64,000 nucleotides of DNA from a virus, in IMG/VR virus record IMGVR_UViG_3300049460_000157, positions 1 to 64,000 of that record; one strand, written 5' to 3'. The notes beneath the pieces were generated by a model, which was given only the letters and a program-made list of their open reading frames with translations, was not told where the DNA came from and ran no database searches. This document shows, in pieces, positions 1-10,893 of the stretch (position 1 is its first letter; the number at the start of each line of letters is the position of its first letter). The translations under genes and the position numbers were made by a program.

Positions 1-865
1 GACTGATTGCCTTGGCCATCGGGCCGGTTGCCAGCAGCGAGCCGACAGCGTTCGCCGTGCCTTCACCGAACTGGGTCGGGTCACTCAGCGAGTTGCCGGC
101 CGAGTCGAGGAAGTTGTGGCCTTCACGACGCAGCACGGCAACAGCATCATGGCCGACCGGCTTGTAGCCGAATGCGGTATCCAGTGCGTTGAGCGCATCC
201 TCCGTCTTGCTCGGGCCTGCTGCCACATCCTTGACGAACTGGGCCTGATTGTCCCGCTGGTTCAGGGTGTCCAGTGCTGCGCCCATGTTGGCATGGTCCT
301 GTGCAGTCTGCGACTTGTAGCCCTGCTGGCTGGTCTGCCAGTCACCCAGACCCTTGGCGATGTTCGCACCGAGCTTCGGATCAATGGCGCCTGCGCCCCA
401 CGCACCGAGTGTGCCGAGCGTCGAGGCGAGACCGGTTCCTACCGAGTTGGCCGAGTCACCTAGGATCTGGCCCAGATCACGCGAGTGGGCGTTCTGGTTG
501 CCGACATCACGTTGCGCCGATGTGTAGCGGTCGAGGATCTTCTGGCCTTCGTCGCCGTACTTCAGCACGAAGGCAGCCGGATTCATCGTGCGCAGATCGC
601 GTTCGACCGGCGAAGCCGATGCCATCCCCGCATCACTGCCCTTGTCCGCAGCAACGGCGAGCGGATAGTAGGACTGGGGCAGCAGACCGGAGACTTTCTC
701 CACGACCGACGCCTGCTTGTCCGGAGCCAGGAAGGAGAGTTGTTGCTGGATCCGGGCCGAAGTCGCATCGAGCGTCGGGGGAGCGTTGACAGGTGCCGGG
801 TTTGCGGCAGCTGGAGCAGACACAGCATTTGCAGCTGCGGCCAACAGATCATTCAGGTCTGCCAT
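1..865 (-). CDS. Virion-encapsidated RNA polymerase (N4 gp50-like), N-terminal part; runs off the window edge
   Basis: ATG at 865 (MADLNDLLAAAANAVSAP...), frame open toward position 1 as far as read; syntenic position directly downstream of gp51-like gene; catalytic motifs lie outside the window. Confidence 0.75.
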   Translation of the reverse strand, partial: MADLNDLLAAAANAVSAPAAANPAPVNAPPTLDATSARIQQQLSFLAPDKQASVVEKVSGLLPQSYYPLAVAADKGSDAGMASASPVERDLRTMNPAAFVLKYGDEGQKILDRYTSAQRDVGNQNAHSRDLGQILGDSANSVGTGLASTLGTLGAWGAGAIDPKLGANIAKGLGDWQTSQQGYKSQTAQDHANMGAALDTLNQRDNQAQFVKDVAAGPSKTEDALNALDTAFGYKPVGHDAVAVLRREGHNFLDSAGNSLSDPTQFGEGTANAVGSLLATGPMAKAIS

Positions 866-917
866 TGGCGATCTCTTTAAGAAATAAGTTTGAAGTCGGA
901 AGTTTACGGCAGATAAA

Positions 918-949
918 GAAAAAGCCCCACCAAAATCTGGCAGGGCTTG
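918..949 (-). terminator. Probable intrinsic terminator after gp51-like gene
   Basis: aagccc...gggctt imperfect stem with A-run on + strand (U-run on minus). Confidence 0.45.
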
Positions 950-972
950 TTCAGTAGAGCCAGGGGGTTACA

Positions 973-3033
973 TCAACCACCTGGTGCTTCGAATCCCACC
1001 GGGAAGTTTACAGAAGCATTGTTCGCCGCGGTAGCCTGAAGCAGTCGGGCCTGGCCCACGGCCGCATCATAGGCATCCTGATACCGTTGCAGACCCGTAA
1101 AGCTGGGGTCGGCTTTCTGACGCTGACGGGCACGGTATAGATCCCCGGCCGCACTGGTCACCATCTGCTGGGCCGCTGCAAGCTGCTGTTGCTGCTGGAC
1201 AATGTGCTGGGTCTGGTTGTACTTCAGAATGCCCTTACCACCCGATGCAGCCTTGGTGAGTGCAGCCACCGCATTGTCATCCACTGAGGCGCCACTCGGC
1301 AGGGTGTCACCCAGCCACGTACGATCCGAGTCGAGGCCAAAGTTGTGCAGCCCATTGGCGATAGCCGAGTAGACCTTCCCGTGCTTGTTCTGGACATTGC
1401 TGGCAATCAGCGTGGCCGCAGCCTTCGGGTTGATGCCAGCCTCCTGGGATACCTGGTTGATCTTGGCGATCGTCTGCCCGAGATCGGCACCCTTGAACGC
1501 TGCGCTGCTGGCGATCAGGCTGGCTGCCTCATCAGCCGCCGAGGTGTTCGAACCCGCACCGGCCGCAATAGCCTTCTCGACACCGGATGTCTTGTTGAAG
1601 TCAATCCGGCCTTGCAGCAGGTTCGTCGTGTCACCGATCTGGGACATCAACTGGGTCACGTTGTTCTTCAGATCCTGACCGTTCGATGCCTGAGCCGTAC
1701 CTTCCTGGCGCTGGATCAGCTGCTTCATCTGGTCCCACGAAACATTCGCAAAGGCGCCCGGCTTGTCAGCACCCGGAATCGACTTCAGCGAATCCCAGCG
1801 ATTGACCAGGTTGCCGCCCTTGTTGTCGTCGAAGATCCGCTTGGCAATCTGATCCTGCACATCGGGCGTGAAGGTGGTGTTCTGCCAGTTGGCTCCAAGG
1901 GTTTTTGCTGCGTATTCCTTCAGCGTGGCCTGGTTGATCTGGTACGCACCCACTGGCGAGTTCTTCAGCTGCGGATTGTTGAGCAGCTGATCCTGAAGAC
2001 CGCCCTTCTTCGTGATGTCATCCAGCGACATCGTGGTGATCGGAGCATCAGTCTTCGTGTTGCCGTAGGTGACGTTGTAGACACCACCATTCCGGGTTCC
2101 CGGCGTGCCGAGATCCAGAGGAGCACCACCCAGACCAGCAACGCTGCCCGGCGTACCACCGATCGCGCTGGTCAGCGCAGCATTGACCGCAGCACCCGGA
2201 CCAGCAGGAGTGCCAGGTACGCCAGCGGCAGCAGCACCGCCCGCCGTACCAAACAGCGGACCATACTTCTGTTCCAGACTGGCACGGGTCAGCGCGGCCG
2301 CACCCGGCGAGAGGTTCGGAGCGAACTCGGTGTTGTATCGCGTGAAGGCTTCAGCACCATCACCCGAATGCAGCAGCGACGACAGCGCAGCCAGTGCAGT
2401 CTGGTTGTCCTTGTCATTGCGTTGACCGGTAGCCAGGTTGAACCGGGACTGGTCATTGCCGATGTTCGTGCTGGCAAGCGAGGCATTACCCTGCTCCAGC
2501 CCCTGACCCTTGGTGTAGGCAGCCAGAATCTGGTCCGGCGTCAGGTGAGCGATAGTCGGATCCTGCGCAGCCTTGACGAACCCGGCATGGTCCTGGTTAT
2601 TGGCAGCCGCGGCCATCGCTGCAATAGCCGGAGCGGCCGCATCCAGGTTGGAATTCTGGGTCTGCGTCCGGGCATTGTCATACGCCGTTTTGTCGAAGGT
2701 CTGCTGGGTCGCCGCATTGGTCAGAAGCGTACCCACCTGCTTCTGGATATCCCCGACTGTCGCTGCACTCACCTTCGTCGGGTCCACACCGTTCAGGGAG
2801 CCAAGCAGGGAACCATTCGCTAGTGCGGCCTTCAGTGCATTGGGATCCTGATACTGGGACGCCGCCTGTACTGCAGCATTGTCAGCCAGTACCGTCTGGG
2901 CCTTGCCAAAGTTGCCCAGTGAGTCGGACAGGCCGGACGTGGCATTACCGAAAAGGCGGGCTGCCACATCGGTACCCAGTACACCACTATTCAGATTGGG
3001 CGTATCTACATTACGCCAGGTCAAAACAGCCAT
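973..3033 (-). CDS. Internal virion/ejection protein (N4 gp51-like) with lysozyme-like central domain
   Basis: 686 aa; starts MAVLTWRNV; central 'SPVGAYQINQATLKEY...FTPDVQDQIA' lysozyme-like motif; synteny. Confidence 0.7.
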   Translation of the reverse strand: MAVLTWRNVDTPNLNSGVLGTDVAARLFGNATSGLSDSLGNFGKAQTVLADNAAVQAASQYQDPNALKAALANGSLLGSLNGVDPTKVSAATVGDIQKQVGTLLTNAATQQTFDKTAYDNARTQTQNSNLDAAAPAIAAMAAAANNQDHAGFVKAAQDPTIAHLTPDQILAAYTKGQGLEQGNASLASTNIGNDQSRFNLATGQRNDKDNQTALAALSSLLHSGDGAEAFTRYNTEFAPNLSPGAAALTRASLEQKYGPLFGTAGGAAAAGVPGTPAGPGAAVNAALTSAIGGTPGSVAGLGGAPLDLGTPGTRNGGVYNVTYGNTKTDAPITTMSLDDITKKGGLQDQLLNNPQLKNSPVGAYQINQATLKEYAAKTLGANWQNTTFTPDVQDQIAKRIFDDNKGGNLVNRWDSLKSIPGADKPGAFANVSWDQMKQLIQRQEGTAQASNGQDLKNNVTQLMSQIGDTTNLLQGRIDFNKTSGVEKAIAAGAGSNTSAADEAASLIASSAAFKGADLGQTIAKINQVSQEAGINPKAAATLIASNVQNKHGKVYSAIANGLHNFGLDSDRTWLGDTLPSGASVDDNAVAALTKAASGGKGILKYNQTQHIVQQQQQLAAAQQMVTSAAGDLYRARQRQKADPSFTGLQRYQDAYDAAVGQARLLQATAANNASVNFPVGFEAPGG

Positions 3034-3045
3034 ATCAGTTCCCCT

Positions 3046-3555
3046 TTAGCCGGCGAGCTTGTTCTTGTTGATGTAGTCCTGAACCTGCGCATCACTCTGC
3101 CCTTCCGTGACACCTCGAGCGGTTGCCCGGTCGGTCAGCGCCGTGTTGTAGGAAGTCGTCGAGTTCGTCAGGTTCTTCTGCGCCATGTTCTTCTGGAAGT
3201 CCAGCGCATCCTTGGCCAGCGACTGGGCATTGAATGCGCCCCACAGGTTGCCGAGTGTGCCAATCGCACCCAGGCCCAGCTGGAAGGTTGGCAGGTTCGC
3301 ACCCAAGCCGGTGTTACCAAAGATTCCCGGAGTAGCCGCATTTGCGCCAGTAGAGGAAGCAAATCCGCCATATCCACCTGTGGCAGAGGGCGTACCCAGC
3401 GCCGTATCTGGCATACCCCAGCCAGATGGCGAGTTATAGCTAGTGGATGGATCACCACCAAAGTTGAACGAACTGCTGTTCAGGGTATTACCAACACCCC
3501 ATTGGGCAGCCGGAACCTGGGAACTGCCACCACCATAGAAATTGTATCCAGCCAT
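3046..3555 (-). CDS. Virion structural/ejection protein (N4 gp52-like)
   Basis: 169 aa, Gly-rich, 'NLTNSTTSYNTALTDRATARG' C-terminus; synteny. Confidence 0.7.
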   Translation of the reverse strand: MAGYNFYGGGSSQVPAAQWGVGNTLNSSSFNFGGDPSTSYNSPSGWGMPDTALGTPSATGGYGGFASSTGANAATPGIFGNTGLGANLPTFQLGLGAIGTLGNLWGAFNAQSLAKDALDFQKNMAQKNLTNSTTSYNTALTDRATARGVTEGQSDAQVQDYINKNKLAG

Positions 3556-3570
3556 TGCGTTTCTCCAGCA

Positions 3571-6291
3571 TCAGGACGAGGACATATCCGCATTCAACGT
3601 AATGTCCGTGAAGTTATAGACCAGAGCGTGAGACAGCTCCACTACGTCAGAGCCGCACATCAGGGTGCGGCCAAGGAAACTGTCACGAGACTCCGGGATA
3701 AAGTTGGTCGTCGTGCTGGTGCTTCCTGCATCGGTAAACAGCGAGAAGGCATCGAGTTGACCCAGATCGGTACCAAACATTTTGGCCCACTGATCACTGA
3801 TACCCTGCGCCTGCGTATTGTAATCGGCAAGTGTCTGCTGGGTGTCAGCAACGATATCCTGTGTCTCTTTATTCATGTACCCCACGTAGCCATTACCGAC
3901 TGCGCTGGTGAGCTGCAGGATATTCGCCGCTGATCCCATGTCAGCCAGCGAGAACTGGGCGCCGTTGGACATGGCGGTACCGTACGCAATGGCGATCACC
4001 GAGGCAATCGCACCCACGATGGCACCGACCTTCTCGCCAAAGATCAGGTTCGAGGCCACACCGATCAGTTTCATCAGCACCATCGCTGCAAGGGCATTGG
4101 CAATGGCGCCCACCACGATCGCCATGGTGCCTGTGAAGCCGAGTGCTGCACCCACGGCCGCATTGGTACCCAACAGACCGGCCGAGGCTGGTCCTGTGCC
4201 ACTACCCCACGTGAACCACGTGATGATAATGATGATAATGATGATGATCACGGTGAACAGCCCCGTCTGGTACCACTTCTTCTTCACCACCTTGTAGCAG
4301 TTGAACACCAGGTAGCAGCAGGCCGTCGCCATCTGCGTGGCATCGACCAGCGACGTGCTGCGGTAGATGTCCTCGTGCAGCGGGATGATGAAACCCGACT
4401 CCTCCGTGTCGTTCAGCGCATCCACCGCCGAGGTGAAGACCGAGTTGCCCCCGTAGATCATGTTCCGGTGCACCAGACCGTGCAGGGTAATGGCGGTCCA
4501 GTTGTTCGCACTCACCTGCGAGTACAGGGTCACCGACTCGACATTGATCACATCGTCGTAGGTGATGATGTCAGAGTCGCCCACGTATGCCGTTGTCTGG
4601 TGGAACGACTCGGTGGCGTTGATCTCCCACCACATGTCACCCACCTTATGGTCCGGTGAGCGCATGCCGGCGCCGGTTGTCTCGTTCACACCCGCCCAGG
4701 ACAACTGGATGAAATAGTTCATCGGGGAGTTGTTCGGCACGAACACATGCACGCTCTGCTGCGACAGGTCCGGATACGGCAGGATCTCCGGCATCGTGGC
4801 AATGTTGTCGGTCCCTGTTCCCCAGTTGGCTCGAAGCCACGCTTCATACGCCGTCCAGGAATCCTTGGCAGCCTGCCACTCGAGCTTCCATGCGTCGTAC
4901 GCATGGGTGTCGAACGAGGCCGACTCCATGATGGTCTTGAAGAACGTGTAGATGTACTTCTTGCACTTCACCTCAGCCACGTTCAGGGAGACACCGAACA
5001 CCGCATAGGCGTAGTCAATGTCCCCAATGGAGGCGTTGTCTGCGATCTGGGCAATGGTGTCATCCAGTTGACCACCCACTGACTTCTTGTAGGCCTTCTT
5101 CGCAATCGCGTAGACATCCGGCAGATAGCTGTCCGAGACGAACTGGTTGTTCAGCCGGATCGGGATATAGGGATAGAACGAGCCCATGCTGCTGGGCACA
5201 TTGAACATGCCATCCAGCACCGGGTTACCGGTGGCGTACTGGTAGATGAACACCTTCACCGCGGAGAACGTGTTGTTCGTCACGTCCTGGGTGTCCGTCC
5301 GGTACGAGCGACTTAGCACGATCGTATCGACCGTGGTCGTCACCGTCTTCGTGCGGGTGACGCCACCCGTGATCGTGTCATGCGTCACGGTAACCGTGGG
5401 CGTGCCGGCCACCACCGCCCCGGTCTGATCCTGGTGCTGGATCGAGCGGATCGAGTAGGTCCGTGTCTTGTTGGCCGGGTCGATGCCCTTGAACTGGCTC
5501 TTCTCGTACACCCGGTGGACCTCGGTGTAGGCATCAGCGGCCGGCGTGGTCGTTGTAGCGGTCTCGTCCGGGCGGCCATCCGAGTAGCTGGTCACCGTTT
5601 TCACGACCGTGTTCAGCGTGACGGGCATCGGCGTCGACACATCCGAGTCTGCGGTCCAGCCGGTGAGGTCTGGAAACGGATCCAGGGAGCCAAGAAGAGC
5701 AGGAGTGCCCGGCACGACCGGTCCACCCGCCTGACCGGTCGTCAGGATGTAGGCCGCGTAGATGTAGTTCGCACGCGAGTCGAGTCCCACCGGATTGAAC
5801 GTCTCGGTGCTGTGGTCCGCAAACGTGATCGTGATCGTGTTGCTCGGCACATCGTAGTCGGAGTGCCAGTCGGTCGTCAGCAGCGCCGGATGATTCTGGG
5901 CGATGTACTGGTCAGCCCACCACGAGCTGTCGGCCGGACCCAGGCTCGTCTGCTGCAGTGCCACGGTATAGCCGGCGTCGTGCGGGATCTGGGCAGCCAG
6001 CTGCTCGGTGTTCAGGGAATTGCCGGTGGTGATAACCCCCGAGGCGTTACCGATCACATCGTTGTAATCGGCACTGCCATCGGCCCACCGGGCAAACGAG
6101 CGCAGCTTCATGCCCGGACCATGCAGGTACGCGTTGCTGATGGTCTCCCCCATGGTCATGGTGGAGTCTCCAACGACGTTGCTGATCACCGTGGTCTTCA
6201 GGTAATTGGCCCGCTTGTTCACATCCCCAGCGAGGTTGTAAACAGTCGAGGAGACAATAGTCATCGGCCCGCTGCTGAAGATGCTCCCCAT
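3571..6291 (-). CDS. N4 gp53-like structural protein with C-terminal hydrophobic segments
   Basis: 906 aa; 'VSSTVYNLAGD' N-terminus; 'KKKWYQTGLF' followed by TM stretch; synteny. Confidence 0.75.
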   Translation of the reverse strand: MGSIFSSGPMTIVSSTVYNLAGDVNKRANYLKTTVISNVVGDSTMTMGETISNAYLHGPGMKLRSFARWADGSADYNDVIGNASGVITTGNSLNTEQLAAQIPHDAGYTVALQQTSLGPADSSWWADQYIAQNHPALLTTDWHSDYDVPSNTITITFADHSTETFNPVGLDSRANYIYAAYILTTGQAGGPVVPGTPALLGSLDPFPDLTGWTADSDVSTPMPVTLNTVVKTVTSYSDGRPDETATTTTPAADAYTEVHRVYEKSQFKGIDPANKTRTYSIRSIQHQDQTGAVVAGTPTVTVTHDTITGGVTRTKTVTTTVDTIVLSRSYRTDTQDVTNNTFSAVKVFIYQYATGNPVLDGMFNVPSSMGSFYPYIPIRLNNQFVSDSYLPDVYAIAKKAYKKSVGGQLDDTIAQIADNASIGDIDYAYAVFGVSLNVAEVKCKKYIYTFFKTIMESASFDTHAYDAWKLEWQAAKDSWTAYEAWLRANWGTGTDNIATMPEILPYPDLSQQSVHVFVPNNSPMNYFIQLSWAGVNETTGAGMRSPDHKVGDMWWEINATESFHQTTAYVGDSDIITYDDVINVESVTLYSQVSANNWTAITLHGLVHRNMIYGGNSVFTSAVDALNDTEESGFIIPLHEDIYRSTSLVDATQMATACCYLVFNCYKVVKKKWYQTGLFTVIIIIIIIIITWFTWGSGTGPASAGLLGTNAAVGAALGFTGTMAIVVGAIANALAAMVLMKLIGVASNLIFGEKVGAIVGAIASVIAIAYGTAMSNGAQFSLADMGSAANILQLTSAVGNGYVGYMNKETQDIVADTQQTLADYNTQAQGISDQWAKMFGTDLGQLDAFSLFTDAGSTSTTTNFIPESRDSFLGRTLMCGSDVVELSHALVYNFTDITLNADMSSS

Positions 6292-6293
6292 GA

Positions 6294-7172
6294 TCAGTTC
6301 AGCCCATTGTTGGTCTTGATGGCCGACAGCACCGTATCGAGCGATGCGTTGGTGAACCCGCTCGGCGCAGTCAGCCCTTCATCGATCGTCTTCTGCGTGA
6401 TCCATGCATCGGAGAAGATCTTGGCCGCCTTCACTTCCGCGTCCCGCTGGTACGAAACGACCTGCTGCGCGTAGAGCCCCTTCTGCTTGCCCAGCACACC
6501 GGTCACCACCGAACCATCAGTACGGTTATCGAGCGTCTGTGCACGCTGCGCTTCGGTCTGCTCCGTCACCAGGGCAATCTGCTTGGCCGTGACCTGGGTC
6601 TGTGTCGTCACCTGGCTCAGCTGGGCCGGCAGCAGGTTGTCCACCTGGTACTTGAGCTGGCCGAACTGCACGTCTTCCGTGCCGAGCTTGGCCTTGGTCA
6701 GTGCCAGTGTCGCCTTGGAAGTCTGGGCCTCGAGCAGCACCACGGCAGCCTGCAGCTTGGCCTGCTCGAGCTGCACACGGGCCGTCACTGCCTGGGCCTG
6801 TGCCGTGACAGACTGCCAGTACGCCTGATCGCGGCCGAGCAGGTACTGCACGGCGAACTGCATCGTGCTCTGGGTGAGCGCCACGTAGGCCTTCGTGTAC
6901 TCGGCGCTGGAGATGCGCCCTTTCTCGAATTCACGCAGCAGCTGCGACTTCATGCCCTGCATGAGCACGTCGAATGTGCCTGCACCATCCACATTGCCCG
7001 TGGTCAGGTCGGCATTGGTCAGCTTGGCGATCGCCTTGTACGCATCCGAATCGGTGTCGCCAGGAATCTCGAACTTGGGGTCGGTCAGGTCCAGGACAGG
7101 AATCGTGACATCCAGCCCCGCGGTCAGCGACGTGTACAGGGCATTTGCATCGGTATCAACACCGTAGCTCAT
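6294..7172 (-). CDS. N4 gp54-like virion structural protein
   Basis: 292 aa; 'GAGTFDVLM', 'DAWITQKTIDEG' motifs; synteny. Confidence 0.75.
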   Translation of the reverse strand: MSYGVDTDANALYTSLTAGLDVTIPVLDLTDPKFEIPGDTDSDAYKAIAKLTNADLTTGNVDGAGTFDVLMQGMKSQLLREFEKGRISSAEYTKAYVALTQSTMQFAVQYLLGRDQAYWQSVTAQAQAVTARVQLEQAKLQAAVVLLEAQTSKATLALTKAKLGTEDVQFGQLKYQVDNLLPAQLSQVTTQTQVTAKQIALVTEQTEAQRAQTLDNRTDGSVVTGVLGKQKGLYAQQVVSYQRDAEVKAAKIFSDAWITQKTIDEGLTAPSGFTNASLDTVLSAIKTNNGLN

Positions 7173-7193
7173 TGTGTTTTTCCTTGGATCTCA

Positions 7194-7229
7194 AAACAAA
7201 AGGCCCGCCCATTTCGGTGAGCGGGCCTC
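7194..7229 (-). terminator. Intrinsic terminator after gp55-like gene
   Basis: aggcccgc...gcgggcct stem preceded by A-run on + strand. Confidence 0.65.
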
Positions 7230-7251
7230 CTTCGGAAAGACTGCAGACGAA

Positions 7252-7878
7252 TCAGGCCGGAGCCATCTCGACGCCGCCAGCGGCAGCCTGCGCAATCGCC
7301 AGACGCTTCAGCTCGTCGGTCGTGAGCGGCGGCAGGACTTCGAGCGAGAATTCCTTGGCCCAGTTCGACTCGACACGGGGCACACCATTCTTGCCCTTGA
7401 TCGTGCGAATGTTCTGGAACCGGCGTGCCTCGAGCTGCTTGAAGATGATGTGCGGGATGTGGTAGCCGTCTTCCGTCACTTCGCCGTAGGGGATGTACTT
7501 GCGCACAGTGCCCAGATGTTCATTGGCCACCGTGAAGATCTCGCCCGGCAGATCCTTCTTCTTCGGATCCATGTTGGTGATGCGCACACGCACCATCTTC
7601 ATCTGCTCATCGTGCAGATGCTGGCGCAGCGTCTTCTTCTTGACCGGCTCGTTCTGGCCAGCCAGCGGATTCGGTGCAAAGACCTGCTCCAGGCTGTCCG
7701 CAGCCACCTGCGGTTCAGGCTCGTCGGCCTTGCCTTCCATCTTGTCTGCGATCTTCTTGCGCAGCGTTTCGACGGAGATGTTGTTGCTGAAGGTGATACC
7801 CATCATGCGGGCACGGTCCTTCAGGAGGTCGAGTTCGTTCGGTTGCGGCAGTTCTACCGGATCAATGAGGGTGCCCAT
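7252..7878 (-). CDS. N4 gp55-like conserved protein
   Basis: 208 aa; 'LKDRARMMGITFSNNI', 'VLPPLTTDELKRLA'; downstream of capsid gene. Confidence 0.75.
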   Translation of the reverse strand: MGTLIDPVELPQPNELDLLKDRARMMGITFSNNISVETLRKKIADKMEGKADEPEPQVAADSLEQVFAPNPLAGQNEPVKKKTLRQHLHDEQMKMVRVRITNMDPKKKDLPGEIFTVANEHLGTVRKYIPYGEVTEDGYHIPHIIFKQLEARRFQNIRTIKGKNGVPRVESNWAKEFSLEVLPPLTTDELKRLAIAQAAAGGVEMAPA

Positions 7879-7961
7879 GGCTTGTCCTGTTCAGAATCTT
7901 TGGAGCCAGGGAGAAGAGGAACTGCGTGAATTCCTCTTCTGCCTGGTTCAGCGGGTGGTGG

Positions 7962-9191
7962 TTAGACCGGTGCGACGGTCTTGATCAGACCGATGCGTTC
8001 CGGGCGCTTGATCAGAATGCCGTAGTACCACTTGATCGAGCTGAAGCCCGTTTCACCGTACGGGTCGAAGCGGTCGGCCGTTTCCTGGCCCGGCATCTTC
8101 GTGAGCACCGAGAACTTCACCGACTTGCCGTCCGTCTGGAAGCCGATCGTGGTGAACGAGTCGTCACCGATACAGATCATCGGGAACACGTCGTAGTGGT
8201 CAGCGCCACCCTTCGTCGAGCTGCGATAGCCCGGATTCGTACCGACCACTTCACCGGCGCCAGCCCAGTGCAGCATTTCCGGCACCTGGATGACGCGGAA
8301 CTTGTCGATCGAGCCGATCTCGCCATTCAGCACCGTGCCTGCATCGGCGTAGTGCTGGATCTCGATGAAGGCCTTGTGGCCGAACAGATCCTGCATGCCC
8401 TTGAGCATCGGGACCAGTTCCGAGCCGACATACAGCACGCGGGTTGCGCCGATCGTCTTCGTGTCCTGCAGGCGCGAGCCCGTGATGATGGTCGTCGAGG
8501 TCGGCGTGCGGTTGTCCGTCAGGATCTGGTCGAGGCGCATCAGGTTGCGGTACGACACGATCGACGCCGGAATCTCCGGTACAGCGCCGGCAGCCGGCGT
8601 CACTTCGCCCGTGACTTCAGCGTCAGCGGTCGCAGCACCTGCGAACAGAATGACACCGGCCGACGCCAGCAGATCCTTCTGGAGCACGGCTTCGGTCAGC
8701 TGCACCGCGCCGTTCATCAGTTCGGTCGACAGGTGATCCATCAACTCAGTGTCCGAGTCGAAGTCGAGCGCTTCCTGCGTGAACTCGGTGAAGAAGCCGA
8801 ACTTGTGGATCGAGCCTTCACGTTGCAGACGGGTGAAGCCCACCCGGTTCACACGGCCACCGTTTTCGGTGAGCGTCGGCAGCTTCGACGTGATCGTGCC
8901 GATGTCCTTCGACGAACCGTACAGGTTGCCGTTGGCGATCGTGGCGCCCGAAGCGTCGAGACCTTGCGAGTTCACGTTGCGGTCGTCGAGCAGCGGCACA
9001 TATTCGTACACCTTGATCGACTTGCCGTAGTTCTTCGGCATGTTCGTCACGTTCGCCAGCGGCGTGAAGAACTGTTCCTTGCGGGCCGTGATGATGGCCT
9101 TCTTCAGGTAGAAGAAGGTCAGCATCTGATCCGAACCGGCACCGTCGATGCTCGACTTGGTACCGTCTGCGGGTGCGTTGTAGTTCAACAT
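7962..9191 (-). CDS. Major capsid protein (N4 gp56 family)
   Basis: 409 aa; '[32 protein letters not shown]', '[16 protein letters not shown]' characteristic of N4 capsid. Confidence 0.95.
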   Translation of the reverse strand: MLNYNAPADGTKSSIDGAGSDQMLTFFYLKKAIITARKEQFFTPLANVTNMPKNYGKSIKVYEYVPLLDDRNVNSQGLDASGATIANGNLYGSSKDIGTITSKLPTLTENGGRVNRVGFTRLQREGSIHKFGFFTEFTQEALDFDSDTELMDHLSTELMNGAVQLTEAVLQKDLLASAGVILFAGAATADAEVTGEVTPAAGAVPEIPASIVSYRNLMRLDQILTDNRTPTSTTIITGSRLQDTKTIGATRVLYVGSELVPMLKGMQDLFGHKAFIEIQHYADAGTVLNGEIGSIDKFRVIQVPEMLHWAGAGEVVGTNPGYRSSTKGGADHYDVFPMICIGDDSFTTIGFQTDGKSVKFSVLTKMPGQETADRFDPYGETGFSSIKWYYGILIKRPERIGLIKTVAPV

Positions 9192-9216
9192 GGGTCAGTT
9201 TCCTTTGCGCCTGATA

Positions 9217-10512
9217 TCAGACGCGATCAGCCATTTGTTTCAGGAAGTCGTCATCGCTCATGGCGAGCGGGTTAACAACCTTCCCGGTCTTTACGGGAGT
9301 GCTCCGCGTAGCCGCAGCGGCACTTGCCTGATCCCCATTCGTCACAGCCGGCTTCGGTGCGGCAACCCGTGTGGCCACCGGATCCGTGGCAGCGGCAGGA
9401 GTACCTGCAGCTGCGCGGGAACCAGAGGGAGCAACGATGTCGTTGAACTTCCCTGCGGCCTGCATCGCGTCACCGACGACCTTGTACGCCTGGATAAACG
9501 GGGCATCAGCTGGAACTTGCCCAAGCGTCCGCAGACGATTCACCTCAGTCGAGATCCGGTCGTAGATACCGTTCTCGCGCTGCTGGTGGATCAACGGCAG
9601 AATGCCCGGCTCCTTCCACAGCACTTCCTTACTGGCCTGATCCCACGTCGAGTTGACTGTCTGAAGCGTCGCCTTCCCGTCCGGATTGGAACCAAGTTCG
9701 TCCAGGACGTTACGGAAGTTAGCTTCTTCGTCACTGACCTTGTGATTGCCCCCAAGGTAAGTCGAATCTTCGCTGGTATCGATGGACATGGGATCCACTC
9801 CCTTGTCCTTCAGCAACTTCTTGATGGCTTCCGGGTTCCCCTTCTCGATGTCGATCAGGAAAGAGAGCTTGTCCGAATCCAGCAGTCCGTTGTTTTCCAG
9901 CATCAGCAGCGTCTTTCGATGCGGCTGAATGTCCTGCATCTTGCGGGTGTAGTTGGCTCCCATCTGCATGAGAGAGACTGCTTCCTCCGGTGTACGGAGT
10001 TCGATCATCTTCCCGTTCGCCTTGAACGGAGCCATCACCTGCTTGTAAAACTCTTCGTAGTTAACAGCGGTGCCCTGACTACCGGCAGCGTTGGACTTTG
10101 CGTCGGTCGTAGCCGACTCATCGTCCTTCTTCTGGGTACCGTCCTGGGTTGCTACCGTCGCAGCAGCCGGATCAGTGCTTGCAGATGCCGTGTCTTTCTT
10201 GCCGTCCTGCTTGACTACCTCTGTGGCCTGAACGTTAACATTGTTCGAACCATTTTTGGAGTCCTTTGTTGCAGGATCAACAACTGTTGAGGACTGCTTC
10301 GCTGCTTCTTCAGCACGCTTGGCTTCCTCTTCAGCAGCAACACGGCTGGCTTCTGCTGTTGCTGCGGCCGCTGCCTCGGCGTCGAGTTCTTCCTGAGTCT
10401 TCTGGACCGGAACCGGTACAGACTCAGAGCCGGGAACCGGCTGATTCAGGAAGTCTTCGTCGCTCAGGGACAGCGGATTCTTTTCCACCGTTTCCGTCGC
10501 CTGGGTCGTCAT
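9217..10512 (-). CDS. N4 gp57-like protein (scaffold; often annotated tape measure)
   Basis: 431 aa; 'PFKANGK', 'LMQMGANYTRKMQ', terminal 'NPLAMSDDDFLK'. Confidence 0.8.
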   Translation of the reverse strand: MTTQATETVEKNPLSLSDEDFLNQPVPGSESVPVPVQKTQEELDAEAAAAATAEASRVAAEEEAKRAEEAAKQSSTVVDPATKDSKNGSNNVNVQATEVVKQDGKKDTASASTDPAAATVATQDGTQKKDDESATTDAKSNAAGSQGTAVNYEEFYKQVMAPFKANGKMIELRTPEEAVSLMQMGANYTRKMQDIQPHRKTLLMLENNGLLDSDKLSFLIDIEKGNPEAIKKLLKDKGVDPMSIDTSEDSTYLGGNHKVSDEEANFRNVLDELGSNPDGKATLQTVNSTWDQASKEVLWKEPGILPLIHQQRENGIYDRISTEVNRLRTLGQVPADAPFIQAYKVVGDAMQAAGKFNDIVAPSGSRAAAGTPAAATDPVATRVAAPKPAVTNGDQASAAAATRSTPVKTGKVVNPLAMSDDDFLKQMADRV

Positions 10513-10515
10513 GGC

Positions 10516-10848
10516 TTACTCATCCTTCTGTGCACGGGCTTCTTCGAGCGCCGACTCGATCTCGGCAATGTCACGTTCCGCGACATTGCCCATCTGCACC
10601 TTCACCGACAGCCACTTGCGCAGGTGGCCCGCAGCCTGGGCCATGGCCAGTGCATTCGCACGGTCATCGGCCGACAGGGCTGCATCAGCCGATGCCTGGG
10701 CGTAGCGGGCGCATTCCTGCACGCAGAACTCGTCGAGGATGAGCTTCCTGAACTCACGGTTCTCCGCGAGCTTCAGTGCCATCGCCTTCTCTGCGACGAG
10801 CTTTTTGGAATCGGTCAGTTGCTGTTCAAGCTGGAGGACTTCCGACAT
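10516..10848 (-). CDS. N4 gp58-like conserved protein
   Basis: 110 aa between portal and gp57; 'NREFRKLILDEF'. Confidence 0.7.
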   Translation of the reverse strand: MSEVLQLEQQLTDSKKLVAEKAMALKLAENREFRKLILDEFCVQECARYAQASADAALSADDRANALAMAQAAGHLRKWLSVKVQMGNVAERDIAEIESALEEARAQKDE

Positions 10849-10893
10849 GAAGATTGGTCCTTTAAAGGTTCAAGTTAGGTTGAGGGTAAAAAG

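Noticed and set aside
4220-4250. (GAT/AAT)n microsatellite as a phase-variable tract
   Set aside because: Encodes the poly-Ile TM segment of the gp53-like protein with mixed codons; in-frame and imperfect.
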